The notes: generated by a model from the sequence alone, not told the origin. 64,000 nt of DNA from Polyangiaceae bacterium (GCA_044376115.1 JBILLK010000006.1:32001-96000); one strand, 5' to 3'. Counted from the stretch's first letter, positions 43,596-54,241 are shown. Made by a program: numbers and translations.

Positions 43596-44458
43596 CGGGG
43601 CGCGTGGGCGCTTGCTGCTGAAGTGCGCATAAACGCCCAGGTAAGCACGACCGCCAACACGCTCCCGCCGCCGATCCAGGCCCAATCGAGCTCCGCCGTG
43701 GCGACTGAGCCGGGCTCGCCGTAGCGAGCAAATAACACCGATAGCCCATTGTTCGCTGCGTGGGCTGCCATCGCCGGCCACAGCGAGCCGCTGCGGTAAC
43801 TGACGAATCCCAGCACCAAGCCGATCAGCGCTGCACCTGTCGCTTGCGGTGGGTCAACGTGGATGGCGCCGAAGATCAGCGAGGCCAGGCCAATGCCGAA
43901 GGCTGGCCCGAGCCGCTTGATCAGAGCAGGCTGCAATAGCCCACGGAACAACAGCTCTTCAGCGACGGCCGGGGCGAAGGTGACAGCCAAGGCGACAAGT
44001 ACCGGGGCGACCCCTTGGCCACGAACGGCGCCCGCGATCATGTCGAGGGTGCCGATGGTTGCGCGCGGAAAGGCACGCTGGACCGTCACCGCCAAGGCGT
44101 CGGCAAGCGGGCCCGTCGCGAGTACCAGCAGAACGGCGAGCACGACCTGAAGCGCGCGTGGACGCTGTAGCCCCATGCTCGTGCGGAGGGGAAGCTTGGC
44201 CAATCGCGCGGCCCCGAGGCTGGCGACGGCGAGCGTGACTTGCGAGACCGCGATGGCCGCGAACACAACCAGAGGCGTCGCTAGATAGCGCTGGAGAACG
44301 TGCTCTCGCGCCAACTCTTCGGGCTTGAGCCCTGCGCGCAGGCCAAGCGTGAAGGCTAGGCCGACCAAGGCGACCCCCGAGCCTATTTGGCTTGCCCCAA
44401 ACGCGACCACCACCGTCAGTACGGCAGCCCAAGGCGAAAGTACGCGCCGCTCCATCAC
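43592..44458 (-). CDS. CPBP (Abi/CAAX-type) intramembrane glutamic endopeptidase
   Basis: AEELLFRG, FGAIH and HAANN motifs; multiple TMs. Confidence 0.92.
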   Translation of the reverse strand: MMERRVLSPWAAVLTVVVAFGASQIGSGVALVGLAFTLGLRAGLKPEELAREHVLQRYLATPLVVFAAIAVSQVTLAVASLGAARLAKLPLRTSMGLQRPRALQVVLAVLLVLATGPLADALAVTVQRAFPRATIGTLDMIAGAVRGQGVAPVLVALAVTFAPAVAEELLFRGLLQPALIKRLGPAFGIGLASLIFGAIHVDPPQATGAALIGLVLGFVSYRSGSLWPAMAAHAANNGLSVLFARYGEPGSVATAELDWAWIGGGSVLAVVLTWAFMRTSAASAHAPR

Positions 44459-44461
44459 TCC

Positions 44462-47400
44462 CTATAGCTTCTGCAAGGTGACAGTGCGTTCGAAGGACGA
44501 AGCCGCCTGCCCGCGCGCAAAGAGCGAAGGCCCTTGGTTCAAGCGCCGTGGCGGATCTTCGCGCGCGGCGAACGCGCTGACCCACGAAGCCCAGGCGATA
44601 TCCTGTTTGCCGAAGACAACCCGTGACACCGCCATCGGTTCGGGCAGCGGCGCCTCTCCGCTCTTGAGGCGCGGGCGCATGGTTGGACCGTGGCCGTCTA
44701 GATCGAAGACGATCTCCGACTTGTAGCTCGCGTCCGGCCAAACGCTTAGGCCTTCTTCGTTGATGTCGTAGGCGGCACCATTGAGAGCTTGCGAAATTTG
44801 TTCGCGCACGAGATCTACCCCGGCCATCTTGTAGACGCCGGCGATGCCGTTCTCGAGCACGATCCGGTCGACGATGTTGAGCTTCTCGATGAAGCCGAGC
44901 GAGGGAATCTGCGCAAGGAGGAAGCCCGACTGCTCGTCAAACACCAGCACGGCCGGCGCGTTGGTGACGCTCAGACATAACAATTCAATCTTTACGCGAT
45001 TGGAGGCGAGCTCAATCTTGCCGAGCGTCAGCGGACCTGCAGCCCACGCTGGTGACTCCGAGAACAGGAGAATCAGCTCGCGCTCGATGAACTTACGAAT
45101 GGACCCTTCGACGCTGCGCAGCGCCTCGGTGTGTTTGAGGGCGGAGCGGTCGAGCTTACGCGAGGCTCGCCGCAGCTTAGAGTAGGCCTTGGGGATGGTC
45201 CCAGAGTGCAGCCCAGGCTTCATGAACTGCACCATGGTCTCACCGTGCGCCCCTATCACCACGGGGGTTAGATAGGCACTGCGGTTCATGCGGTAGAGCC
45301 GCCAGTTCTCTTTCAGCTCCCACACCAGAAAGCCGAAGAAGCCCGGGAGAATGATGACCGTGGGCGCTGCGATTGATTCGGCGATGAAGGCGCCGAACAC
45401 CGAGGCTAGCGGCTTGAACATCGCGTCATGCAGGTCCGGGGTAACCGGAATCATGATCTTGGCCGCTACGGTCACCACCGGGAAGTGTTTGATGGGGTTG
45501 ACCTCTGGCTCGATCAGCAAGTTGACGTAGATGCGAATGAGGTAGGTGGTGAAGAACCACAGCACGCCCAGCGCTGCTTTGGAGATCAGCGTGAAGCGCG
45601 TCTCGCCTTGGCGGAAGATGAGCTTCTCGTCGACGAAGTAAATGAAACGCTCAACCAGCTCGAGACCGCGCTTGAACACCGCAACGATCAGCCCGAACAA
45701 GCCGGGCAATACCCGTCGACTCAGTTGGCGATAACTGCGAATCGAAAAGTCGGTACCGAACTCCTCGAGCGCCTGCCCCCATTTGGAGTTGAGCAGGGCG
45801 TTGAGCCCAAGGAAGGTTGCTCCAAAGGTAGCCGCCCGCGTCAGCGTATCTTTACTGAACGAGGCCACGACCAGCGTGACGACGCCGGCGATGAACGCAG
45901 GCTTGGCCACGAACCGGATGAACTGCCGCATCGCGTCGGCGCGTAGCAGACCGCGAACGAACGGATGGCTCCAGACCCAGGATGGCAGCCGGATGAACAA
46001 GATGCGCAGGGCGAACTTCACGCCCAGCCAGACGTAGTTGCCAATGGTCCGCGCCCGCTCGCTGTGTATCAGCGCGAACGCGATCGCCGCCGTTACCGTC
46101 AGCGTAGTGCGATTCACGTAGTCAACGTGAGGGACCTTGAAGGCTTTTTCCAAGAAGAGCCCCAGCGTGTGTTGCAGCCCCTCCAGGAGGACGAAGGCCA
46201 GCACGCCAGGCAGGAACAGATAGAGCGTTAGTACACGGCCGACGCGCGTACCAAAGGTCATGGAGCTGAGCTTCTGCAGGCCGCGCAGATAGATCTCGCC
46301 GGCGCGATAGACGCCATCGAGCTCGCGCGCCAGCAGCCGGTCCATGCGCAAGAGCGCGTCGCCTCGGAGCAGCTGGTCGGGGGTGATGTTGCCCATCTTG
46401 ACATTGCTGCGCGAGAGCGAGTCGCGCACGTGGCTCATGGTGATGAAGCGGTTCTTCAGCACCTGATCGAGCAGCTCATCCACGAGCTTGCGTCGCGAGG
46501 CGCGCTCCGGGACGTTCTCGGGGCGCAGGCCAACGGCCTCCAGCGCGCGCTCCAGCTTCGGGCCGAGACTCGCGCGTACGTTGCTATCGGCCTTGGCCGA
46601 GATGGCCACGAGGAACTGCACCAGCAGCTGCCTTGGTTCCTCGGGCAGACGCGTGCGCGGGACTTTTGCCAGCGCGGCGAGCACGTGACCGGCGATGCGC
46701 ACGTCGCGCTCTGCGGGCAGAGGACGACGCACAGGCGTCTTGCCGAAGGAGAGCGCCCACTCGACCACGCCCAACGCCTCGCGTTCACGCTCGTTGTCGA
46801 CGCAGGCCTTCTGCAGATCGAAGAGGATGCGGGCCTCGGCGTTGGCGGGCAAGCCGAGCCGCGTCTTGGTGTAATGCAGGACGGGCAAGAGGATCTGCGC
46901 CCAAGCGGTGGTGGGCGCATCCACCCACAGCAGCGCCGAAGAAAGCCGGTCACAGAAGGCGACGAGCTCGCTGAAGACGGCCTCCTCGGTGCCTTTCGCT
47001 CGCACGCGCAGCAGCAACGAACGCACCGCATTGCCCTTTTCACGAGCGAGGTCCGCGCTAGGGTCGACGGCGTCGCGCAGGCTGTGCGCCAGCAGGGGTG
47101 ATGGCGCTGGCTGCGAGTTCGGAGGGATGGTCGTGCGCGCCCACAGCTCCGACGTTGACGGCGCTCCCTGGGGCCGACAGGCCTCGAGCAGCGCCTCCGC
47201 ATCCACGTCGCGCGACAAGGTGTGGTCAACCGTGGCCTGCTGATCGCGAACGCCAGGGAAGGTGCGCACCAAGAGATCCGGGGCGAAATACTTCTGCTCC
47301 AGGTACGTCGCCGCGAACTCCAAGTAGGTCTCGGTGTCGTCGTGCGGCGGAAGCAGCAGATCATCTTGCTTGAGCACGTAGCGAATCTCGTCGAACTCGG

Positions 47401-47785
47401 TTTGACCGAGCGCATGAACGCGCGCGCGCACCGCCGCTGGCGTGAGCTCCCCCGCCATCACGCGCGCCTCCAGGGTGCGATGAATGGCTGCGTGAAAGGC
47501 TGCGCGCCAAATCGTGACCAGCGCTGCCTCGTCCTCGTCCACCGTCTCGACGTGAGGAAGCACCAACAGGTGCTCCTCCTTCGGCAGGTTCCCCAACTCT
47601 TCAGCGGAGCCGATCTTCTTGAGGGCCCACGCGGGTAGCGAATAGGCGTGGCTATGGGGGACCTGGAAGCCCACTCCACCGATTTGGCGATGCTCTTTGA
47701 TGACCCGCCGAACCAAGCGCTCGGGCAGAAACACCACGCCGACATTCTTTGCGAGCAGCGCTTGCTCGACTTCTTTAGGCGTCAC
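44462..47785 (-). CDS. Large hypothetical integral membrane protein (about 1107 aa)
   Basis: Long ORF with a soluble N-terminal half, a central multi-TM block and a soluble C-terminus; GTG 47785 overlaps the upstream TAG by one base. Confidence 0.8.
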   Translation of the reverse strand: MTPKEVEQALLAKNVGVVFLPERLVRRVIKEHRQIGGVGFQVPHSHAYSLPAWALKKIGSAEELGNLPKEEHLLVLPHVETVDEDEAALVTIWRAAFHAAIHRTLEARVMAGELTPAAVRARVHALGQTEFDEIRYVLKQDDLLLPPHDDTETYLEFAATYLEQKYFAPDLLVRTFPGVRDQQATVDHTLSRDVDAEALLEACRPQGAPSTSELWARTTIPPNSQPAPSPLLAHSLRDAVDPSADLAREKGNAVRSLLLRVRAKGTEEAVFSELVAFCDRLSSALLWVDAPTTAWAQILLPVLHYTKTRLGLPANAEARILFDLQKACVDNEREREALGVVEWALSFGKTPVRRPLPAERDVRIAGHVLAALAKVPRTRLPEEPRQLLVQFLVAISAKADSNVRASLGPKLERALEAVGLRPENVPERASRRKLVDELLDQVLKNRFITMSHVRDSLSRSNVKMGNITPDQLLRGDALLRMDRLLARELDGVYRAGEIYLRGLQKLSSMTFGTRVGRVLTLYLFLPGVLAFVLLEGLQHTLGLFLEKAFKVPHVDYVNRTTLTVTAAIAFALIHSERARTIGNYVWLGVKFALRILFIRLPSWVWSHPFVRGLLRADAMRQFIRFVAKPAFIAGVVTLVVASFSKDTLTRAATFGATFLGLNALLNSKWGQALEEFGTDFSIRSYRQLSRRVLPGLFGLIVAVFKRGLELVERFIYFVDEKLIFRQGETRFTLISKAALGVLWFFTTYLIRIYVNLLIEPEVNPIKHFPVVTVAAKIMIPVTPDLHDAMFKPLASVFGAFIAESIAAPTVIILPGFFGFLVWELKENWRLYRMNRSAYLTPVVIGAHGETMVQFMKPGLHSGTIPKAYSKLRRASRKLDRSALKHTEALRSVEGSIRKFIERELILLFSESPAWAAGPLTLGKIELASNRVKIELLCLSVTNAPAVLVFDEQSGFLLAQIPSLGFIEKLNIVDRIVLENGIAGVYKMAGVDLVREQISQALNGAAYDINEEGLSVWPDASYKSEIVFDLDGHGPTMRPRLKSGEAPLPEPMAVSRVVFGKQDIAWASWVSAFAAREDPPRRLNQGPSLFARGQAASSFERTVTLQKL

Positions 47786-48897
47786 TAGCGCGACTCCCAA
47801 ACGGTATCTGGATCGAGCCCAAGCTTTCGAATCACGTCACTCGAACACACTCGCGCACTCTCTTGTTCGCTCTTGCACACGAAGTGCCCACAGCGAAGGA
47901 ACTTGGACTCTGCATTCTCGCTACGCAGCGTTTCGATCGCCGCGCAGGCTTTGGTCTCGTCGCCTCGGCCAGCCTCGAGACGCGCGACCTCAAACAGCGC
48001 ATCATCGGTCACCCGCGAGGTGCGATGTCGGTCGTAGACGCGCCAGAAGGCGCGAACCGCTGCCTCCACGTCCTGCTTCTTGTCTCGCTGCAGGACGCCT
48101 AGCCGATAGGCGGCGGCGGGCCAACGCGGACGGTCGTAGCTCGAGCCGTTGTAAGCCGCTTCTTGCGGCGCGAGCATCTCCTCGAGCACGGCGATCGCTT
48201 CATCGAGGCGACCGAGGTCCTCCAGAAAAAGGGAAGCCGTAAAGTAGGCGTCGTCGGTCATCGAACCGTTGGGATACGGATGGCTACGGGCGAGCGCCAG
48301 CAGGCTGTCCACGGCCTCGGCCTTCTGTTCACACCGCGCCAACAACGTAGCGAGCTCATAGCTCACCGCCTCGCCCGAGTCGCTCGCGCGTAGCTCGAGT
48401 TCGAGCGGACGCAGCCACTCGAGCGCGGCTTGCGGCCCACTTTGTTCTTCCACCAGCGAGAGCAAGCGGCGCACAGCGTGCCTGACCAGGCCACTGTTCG
48501 GATACAGGCGAATGGCCTTGATGGTCTCGCTGTTGCCGGCCTCGAGGCCGTCCCGGTCCAGTACTAGCCGTGCCACCGCGAAGGCCGCGCGCGCGCCTTG
48601 GTAGCGCCCGTCGGCGTCGTTCACGACCTGGCGGTAGGTTTCCTCCGCTCCGGAGATGTCACCGAGGTGCTCGAGGCTGTCGGCGACGAGCATGCGCGCC
48701 TCCTCCCGATCTTTGTAACGATCCCCGAGATCGGCCGCGCGCTGGAAGGCGGCGCGCGCCTCTTCGTAGCGACCAGCGTTGCGTGCTCGCAGCCCTTCTG
48801 CGAAGGCCGCTTGGTACCCTGCGGCATAACTTGGAGCGCAGGCCGAAAGGAGTAGCGTGAGCCCCGCAATGCCGCAAAAGAGGCTGCGAAGCTTCAT
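47785..48897 (-). CDS. TPR-repeat lipoprotein
   Basis: Lipobox LSAC; repeated TPR helices (DDAYF, AAYRLG, DDALFEVA). Confidence 0.85.
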   Translation of the reverse strand: MKLRSLFCGIAGLTLLLSACAPSYAAGYQAAFAEGLRARNAGRYEEARAAFQRAADLGDRYKDREEARMLVADSLEHLGDISGAEETYRQVVNDADGRYQGARAAFAVARLVLDRDGLEAGNSETIKAIRLYPNSGLVRHAVRRLLSLVEEQSGPQAALEWLRPLELELRASDSGEAVSYELATLLARCEQKAEAVDSLLALARSHPYPNGSMTDDAYFTASLFLEDLGRLDEAIAVLEEMLAPQEAAYNGSSYDRPRWPAAAYRLGVLQRDKKQDVEAAVRAFWRVYDRHRTSRVTDDALFEVARLEAGRGDETKACAAIETLRSENAESKFLRCGHFVCKSEQESARVCSSDVIRKLGLDPDTVWESR

Positions 48898-49922
48898 GGT
48901 TGCACGAGCTGAATAAGGGCCGCTGCAGCGCGCTCTACGTCGGCTCGCTGCACGTCGAGATGAGTGACCGCGCGTAAGCGATGGGGACCGAACGCGCTCA
49001 GCAGGATGCCGCGTTCACGCAAGCCCTTGACGAGCTCGGCTGCCGGTTGCGCGACGTCCACCATCACGATGTTGGTCCTCGGCCTTTGCACGGCGAGCCC
49101 AGCGCTATGCAGCCGCTCTGCGAAGTGGGCCGCGTTTTCGTGATCCTCGGCCAGTCGCGCACGGTTTTCGCGCAGCGCGAACTGGCACGCGGCGGCGAGC
49201 ACGCCCACCTGACGCATCCCGCCACCCAACATCTTGCGCAAACGATGGGCCTTCTCCAGGCGCGCACGGTCTCCTGCGAGGATGGAACCAACCGGTGCAC
49301 CGAGCCCCTTCGAGAAACAGAGGCTCACCGTGTCGGTCTCCTGCGTAAGCTCAGAAAGCGGCACACCGAGCGCGATGGCGGCGTTCCACAAGCGTGCCCC
49401 ATCCAAGTGGACGCTCAGCCCTTTCTCCCTGGCCACCGCTGCCAGCGCGGCCGTTTCGGCGGCTGAAAGCACCGAACCGCCGCCTCGATTGTGGGTGTTC
49501 TCGAGCACGACCAGCTTCGGATTGGGCGCGTAATAGGCTCGTTCTCTCACTGAGCCAGCGAGCTCGCTCGGGGCCATTTCTCCGGTGCGCCCAACCTCGC
49601 GGAACTGCACGCCCCAAAGCGCTGCACCAGCGCCCGACTCGTACCAAATGCAGTGCGAGCCGGTCGCGGCGAGCACCTCGTCCCCGGGGCTCGTATGGGT
49701 GGCAATTGCGAGCTGATTGGCCATCGTGCCCGAGGGCACGAACAACGCCGCTTCCTTGTTGGCGAGCTCAGCAATCTGGGCCTCGAGTGCGCGGACGCTT
49801 GGATCTTCGCCGTAAACGTCGTCCCCCACCGCGGCGGCGGCCATGGCCTGTCGCATGGCGGCGGAGGGTTGCGTAACCGTGTCGCTTCGAAGGTCCACGG
49901 GTTTGGAGTCGGCGGTCGCCAT
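48894..49922 (-). CDS. ltaE: Low-specificity L-threonine aldolase
   Basis: DLRSDTVT, GDDVYGEDP, PSGTMANQ, LENTHNRGGG, HLDGARLWNA, PLP lysine CFSKGLGAPVGS, GGGMRQ. Start at ATG 49922. Confidence 0.95.
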   Translation of the reverse strand: MATADSKPVDLRSDTVTQPSAAMRQAMAAAAVGDDVYGEDPSVRALEAQIAELANKEAALFVPSGTMANQLAIATHTSPGDEVLAATGSHCIWYESGAGAALWGVQFREVGRTGEMAPSELAGSVRERAYYAPNPKLVVLENTHNRGGGSVLSAAETAALAAVAREKGLSVHLDGARLWNAAIALGVPLSELTQETDTVSLCFSKGLGAPVGSILAGDRARLEKAHRLRKMLGGGMRQVGVLAAACQFALRENRARLAEDHENAAHFAERLHSAGLAVQRPRTNIVMVDVAQPAAELVKGLRERGILLSAFGPHRLRAVTHLDVQRADVERAAAALIQLVQP

Positions 49923-50024
49923 TTCGCTGGGCGCACGGTATCGCACGCACGGTAACGGGAGAAGGGATCTCCCACGCTGCCGATGTTGGACTGGCCCGAT
50001 GGGGTTCGTTACCATCGCGCCCCC

Positions 50025-51314
50025 ATGACGCACCTTCTGCATACGGAGCCGCTACCCTCGGATGATCGTCTCGCGCAATTAGCCACGGCTCACCTGACGC
50101 GGTCGTCAGCGTTGCAGTTGGTCGCTGAGCTGCTCACCCGGCTTCGCGATATGAACTTTCCTTGGTGGACGCCTGAGCAATTGCGGCGCGCCTATCCCTC
50201 GGCGGAGCGCATGCGCTGGCTCGAGCAACGTCCCGACGTGCGTCAACGGATCACCACGCAACTGACCGGCTTGGCGCCGCGCGCGGCCCGCAACAAGAGC
50301 CCCGAGTTTCAGTCCGCCTTGATCGACTCGGTGCTCGACGAGGGGGACATTGGCCTCGACGTATTTGAGTCTGCCTTTGAACCGGTCGACATTGCTGTGT
50401 ATGGGCCAGCGGAGGACTTCTTCCAGTTGTTCCGTCGGCGCATGCCCTGGGAGGACGACTCAACGCCGCATCAAGATCTGATCGGCTGGCTGATCGGGGC
50501 GTTCCTATCCGATAAGTGCTCGCTCGACGGCTCGCCGCGCACGCCCATTCTTTCGGCCCTCGACGTGCGCACGGCGATCGATGGCGCGGTTTGGCACTCG
50601 CGCGTGCCGCTGCATGTCCGAGTCGCGATCGACGAGGCGCGTTTTGCATCGCACCGTGAACGGCCGCATGAGCCCTTCACCGTCGACCGCGATTTGGCGA
50701 TCGCAACGCCCGCCTTGATCGCCGCCAGCATTCCGCTGAAGGACCTCTTGGGCGTAGTTGAACTCGCCGCCAGCTCGCTCGGGTTTGACGAGCGCGGCGG
50801 TGGGCGCGAGCACGCGACACGCAGCGCTGGCAGTGTGCCTGAGGTTGCCGACGAGGTTCCAAGACAAACGATTCCACCTGCGTCGCCCTACGAGTTTACC
50901 GAGTTTGCCGATGAGCCCACCGGCTTCTCCACCGATGGCCCCGCCGGCCCTTCGCCCGAGCTTGCGTCCAACGTCCCAAGCTCGGATCCGCCTACCTCCC
51001 AGCGTGTAGCCGCGTCCGAGCCAGCGCCCCCGCCAGATTTCTCGGCGCAACCAGACTACCCCGCCCCCGTCCTGCCGATGGTGCTCGATGCGGCGGCGTT
51101 CGACGGCAATGTTCCCCTAGCCGAGGAGTCGACCGGTGCTCTCGACGAGGTCGTACAGGCCGAACAGGTAGCCCTCAGCCTCTCCGATGGTTGGGAAGTA
51201 AGGCCGGCGGCGGGGCTCAAGGACGAACTCGAAAGTACCAATCCGTGGGCTGCGGCCTCTCCAGAGCTATCGGCCCTGAGCGGAGAGCGCAAAGAGTCGA
51301 AAGACTCCGATTGA
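50025..51314 (+). CDS. Hypothetical protein: helical N-terminal domain plus acidic/Pro-rich disordered tail
   Basis: Long ORF divergent from ltaE; start at ATG 50025. Confidence 0.7.
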   Translation: MTHLLHTEPLPSDDRLAQLATAHLTRSSALQLVAELLTRLRDMNFPWWTPEQLRRAYPSAERMRWLEQRPDVRQRITTQLTGLAPRAARNKSPEFQSALIDSVLDEGDIGLDVFESAFEPVDIAVYGPAEDFFQLFRRRMPWEDDSTPHQDLIGWLIGAFLSDKCSLDGSPRTPILSALDVRTAIDGAVWHSRVPLHVRVAIDEARFASHRERPHEPFTVDRDLAIATPALIAASIPLKDLLGVVELAASSLGFDERGGGREHATRSAGSVPEVADEVPRQTIPPASPYEFTEFADEPTGFSTDGPAGPSPELASNVPSSDPPTSQRVAASEPAPPPDFSAQPDYPAPVLPMVLDAAAFDGNVPLAEESTGALDEVVQAEQVALSLSDGWEVRPAAGLKDELESTNPWAAASPELSALSGERKESKDSD

Positions 51315-51350
51315 CCGATAGCGCGGGGGCCCTGTTATCGTGCAGGCCTA

Positions 51351-52619
51351 ATGTCGAAGAAAAAGGGCGGGAAGAAGCGCTCGAACGCAAGTCCGAATAA
51401 GCCAGCCGCGGCAGCTGAGCCCGCCGAGAGCGAGCGCCCGGGCGACCAGGCCGAGCCGGCGGAGCCTGAACCCTCGGCCACCGCGCGCGACGAGGAGGAG
51501 GTTGCAAGTGAATCTCCGCCTGCGCCTGCCGACGCGGAGCCGAAACCTGCTCCGGCCGCTTGGGGCAATCCTTTTGCCCGCATCGAGCGAGCGTGGACGT
51601 GGTTCGAGGTGCGGCTGCTGATCGTGGTGGTGCTTTCGCTTTTGTTCGCCATGGTTGCGTGGGTTGCGCTCGGCGGCATGAGCCAACCGGTCGAGTCTCA
51701 AAGCAAGGCTGGGTTGGCTTTCAGGGCGTTCATTGGGGCTCTTGGCCTCGGGCTCACCAGCTCGTTTCTGGCCAAGCGGCTTTCGCTGGGCAAACTCGCG
51801 ACAGGCTTCGTCGGTGCCGGCTCCATCGTGCTCGGCTTCCTGATGGCGCCGTCGTGGCGTTCAACGGGGGTCGAGTACTTCGGTCAGCTGCAGAACTGGC
51901 TGCAAGAGGGCTCTTCGCTGACTATGTTTGGCGGCCTGCGCGGTGTGTCGACTCGACTCACCATCTTGCTGGCCTTCCTCGGTGGCAGCCTGGCAGCAGC
52001 GAGCGGCAAGCACATCAACATCGATGTCGCGCTGCGCTTCGTCAATCCGAAGCTCAAGCTGCCGGTCTTCGTGCTGCAGTCGATCGCGACTGTGGCTTTC
52101 TGCGCGGTGGCGGCTTGGGGCTTCTTTGAGTACATCGCGATCACCAACTTCAACGCTCCGGTTGACGCGACGCCCAGTGCAAAAATTTCGCACGTAAACA
52201 AGCTGGTTTCTCAGGATCTGTTCCTGTGGCGAAAGCAGGTGGGCTTTGACCTCAGCGCGACGCCTCACGTCTTGGGTGGCGGCAAATGGGATGACCCTGG
52301 TCGGTTCACCGGGCGACAGTGGAACCAGTATCTGGAAACGTCGGGTTACACGGACGTGTTCACGAAGGAGGAAGTGGCTGCGCTCAAGTCGGGTGAAAGC
52401 TCGCTCGACAGCCCGCGCATTGCGCTCGCTGTCGGTCCCGACGGTCAACCGCGCAACCAGTTGGTTCGCACCATGAACCTCACCTTCTCGGTTGGCTTCT
52501 TGATCATGGGATTTCGATTTCTGCTGCGGCTTCTGCTGGTGCTCTCTCGCCATGAAAGTTTGGAAGAAGGCGAAGGCACTTCCGGTACCGAAGACGATTC
52601 GGCGAAGGGAGCTGCGTGA
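51351..52619 (+). CDS. dctQ: TRAP transporter small permease (DctQ-like), extended
   Basis: AFLGGSLAAASGKHINIDV motif; multiple TMs; directly upstream of dctM. Confidence 0.75.
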   Translation: MSKKKGGKKRSNASPNKPAAAAEPAESERPGDQAEPAEPEPSATARDEEEVASESPPAPADAEPKPAPAAWGNPFARIERAWTWFEVRLLIVVVLSLLFAMVAWVALGGMSQPVESQSKAGLAFRAFIGALGLGLTSSFLAKRLSLGKLATGFVGAGSIVLGFLMAPSWRSTGVEYFGQLQNWLQEGSSLTMFGGLRGVSTRLTILLAFLGGSLAAASGKHINIDVALRFVNPKLKLPVFVLQSIATVAFCAVAAWGFFEYIAITNFNAPVDATPSAKISHVNKLVSQDLFLWRKQVGFDLSATPHVLGGGKWDDPGRFTGRQWNQYLETSGYTDVFTKEEVAALKSGESSLDSPRIALAVGPDGQPRNQLVRTMNLTFSVGFLIMGFRFLLRLLLVLSRHESLEEGEGTSGTEDDSAKGAA

Positions 52620-54241
52620 TGGGTAAGCTGTACGCATTTTTCGTCACGCTGCTCACGCTGATGGCGATGCCGCTGTTCGCGGTGATGGGCGGCATCTCGA
52701 TCGTTGGCTGGCTCAGCGAGGACCGCGAGGAGCTGCGCCACATCATGTATTTGGCGCCCAACGTGCTCGATGAGCAGCGTTTCGTTGGCTCGCCGATCTT
52801 GGTGACGATTCCGCTCTTTACCTTCGCCGGCTATCTGATGGCCGAGTCGAAGACGCCCGACCGTTTGGTGCGCACCGCCGGCGCCCTGCTTGGCTGGCTG
52901 CCCGGTGGCCTGGCGATCGTCTGCATTTTCGCCAACGCGTTCTTCACCACCATGACCGGCGGTTCTGGCGTCACCATCGTCGCCATCGGCGGCATGCTCT
53001 ACCCGATGCTGCGCAAGCAGGGTTACCCCGAGCGCTACGTGCTCGGTCTGGTTACCGCAGCTGGCGCGATCGGCCTTCTGTTCTTCCCCAGCCCGCTCGT
53101 CGCCATCTACTCGTTCATCGCTGGCGTCGACATCAACAAGGCTTACCTCGCAACTGCGCTGCCTGGACTTGGCCTCGCCGTGGTGCTCGTAGCTCACGCG
53201 ATGTGGGTGGGTATTCGCGAGAAGGTGCCGCGCGGAACGTTCGATCCGATCGAGTTCGTCAAAGGGGCTTGGGAGGCGAAGTGGGACCTCGCGGCGCCGT
53301 TCCTCGTGCTGATTTGGATGGGCTCCGGCTTGATGGGCATCGATGAGGCCTCGGCTGCAGCAGCGCTCTACATCTTGATCGTCCAGGTTTACGTGTACAA
53401 GGACCTGAACTGGAAGGACGTATTCCGAATCGCGCGCGAGTCGGTGAGCCTTGCAGGCGCGATCTTGGTCATCATCATGATGGCGACCGCGTTGACCAAC
53501 TGGGTCATTCAAGACCGCGTGCCGCTGCATATTCTCGAGTACTTCACGGCGAACGGTATGGACACCGCGTGGAAGTTCATCATCGTACTCAACATCTTCT
53601 TGTTCATTCTCGGCGTGGTGATGGACGAGTTCAGCGCGATGCTCGTCGCGCTGCCGCTGATCATGCCGCTGGCTGCGTCGTTCGGCCTCTCGCCGTTCTA
53701 CCTCGCGGTGATGTTCTTGTTGAACATCGAGATCGCCTACATCTCCCCGCCGATCGGTGTGAATCTCTACATCGCGAGCTTCCGCTTCAAGGCGCCGCTG
53801 ACCAAGGTGTACAGCGTCGTGATGCCCTTCGTCTGGCTGCTCACGGCTGGGCTTCTGGTCTTCATCCTGTTCCCCAAGCTCTCCACCTTCACCGTGGAGA
53901 CTGAGATCGCCGAGCAACGTGCCAAGGCGGAGGAGTCGGGCGTTGGTCCGCGCGAGGCTTGGCTCCTTGAGTGCGTGCAAGAAGACAAGAACAACCCGAG
54001 GCCGTGCACCGACGCCGATCGCGAACGCTGGGGCGTTGACGGAACGCGTATGCCGGAGCCGGAGCCCGGGTCCCCCGCGGCCGACGAGGGGCCTGCTGTG
54101 GTCCTCGACAAGAAAGAGGAGGACAAGCAGAAGAAGGAGCTGGATGATTTGTTCGCCGAGATGATGGGGGACTCGACGGCCAAGCCTGCTGATTCAGCCG
54201 CGCCAGCTGTCTCCGCCGCGCCGTCTGCTTCCGCACCGTAA
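52616..54241 (+). CDS. dctM: TRAP transporter large permease (DctM)
   Basis: LVTIPLFTFAGYLM, GWLPGGLAI, TGGSGVTIVAIG, GAIGLLFFPS, ISPPIGVNLY. Confidence 0.92.
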   Translation: MMGKLYAFFVTLLTLMAMPLFAVMGGISIVGWLSEDREELRHIMYLAPNVLDEQRFVGSPILVTIPLFTFAGYLMAESKTPDRLVRTAGALLGWLPGGLAIVCIFANAFFTTMTGGSGVTIVAIGGMLYPMLRKQGYPERYVLGLVTAAGAIGLLFFPSPLVAIYSFIAGVDINKAYLATALPGLGLAVVLVAHAMWVGIREKVPRGTFDPIEFVKGAWEAKWDLAAPFLVLIWMGSGLMGIDEASAAAALYILIVQVYVYKDLNWKDVFRIARESVSLAGAILVIIMMATALTNWVIQDRVPLHILEYFTANGMDTAWKFIIVLNIFLFILGVVMDEFSAMLVALPLIMPLAASFGLSPFYLAVMFLLNIEIAYISPPIGVNLYIASFRFKAPLTKVYSVVMPFVWLLTAGLLVFILFPKLSTFTVETEIAEQRAKAEESGVGPREAWLLECVQEDKNNPRPCTDADRERWGVDGTRMPEPEPGSPAADEGPAVVLDKKEEDKQKKELDDLFAEMMGDSTAKPADSAAPAVSAAPSASAP

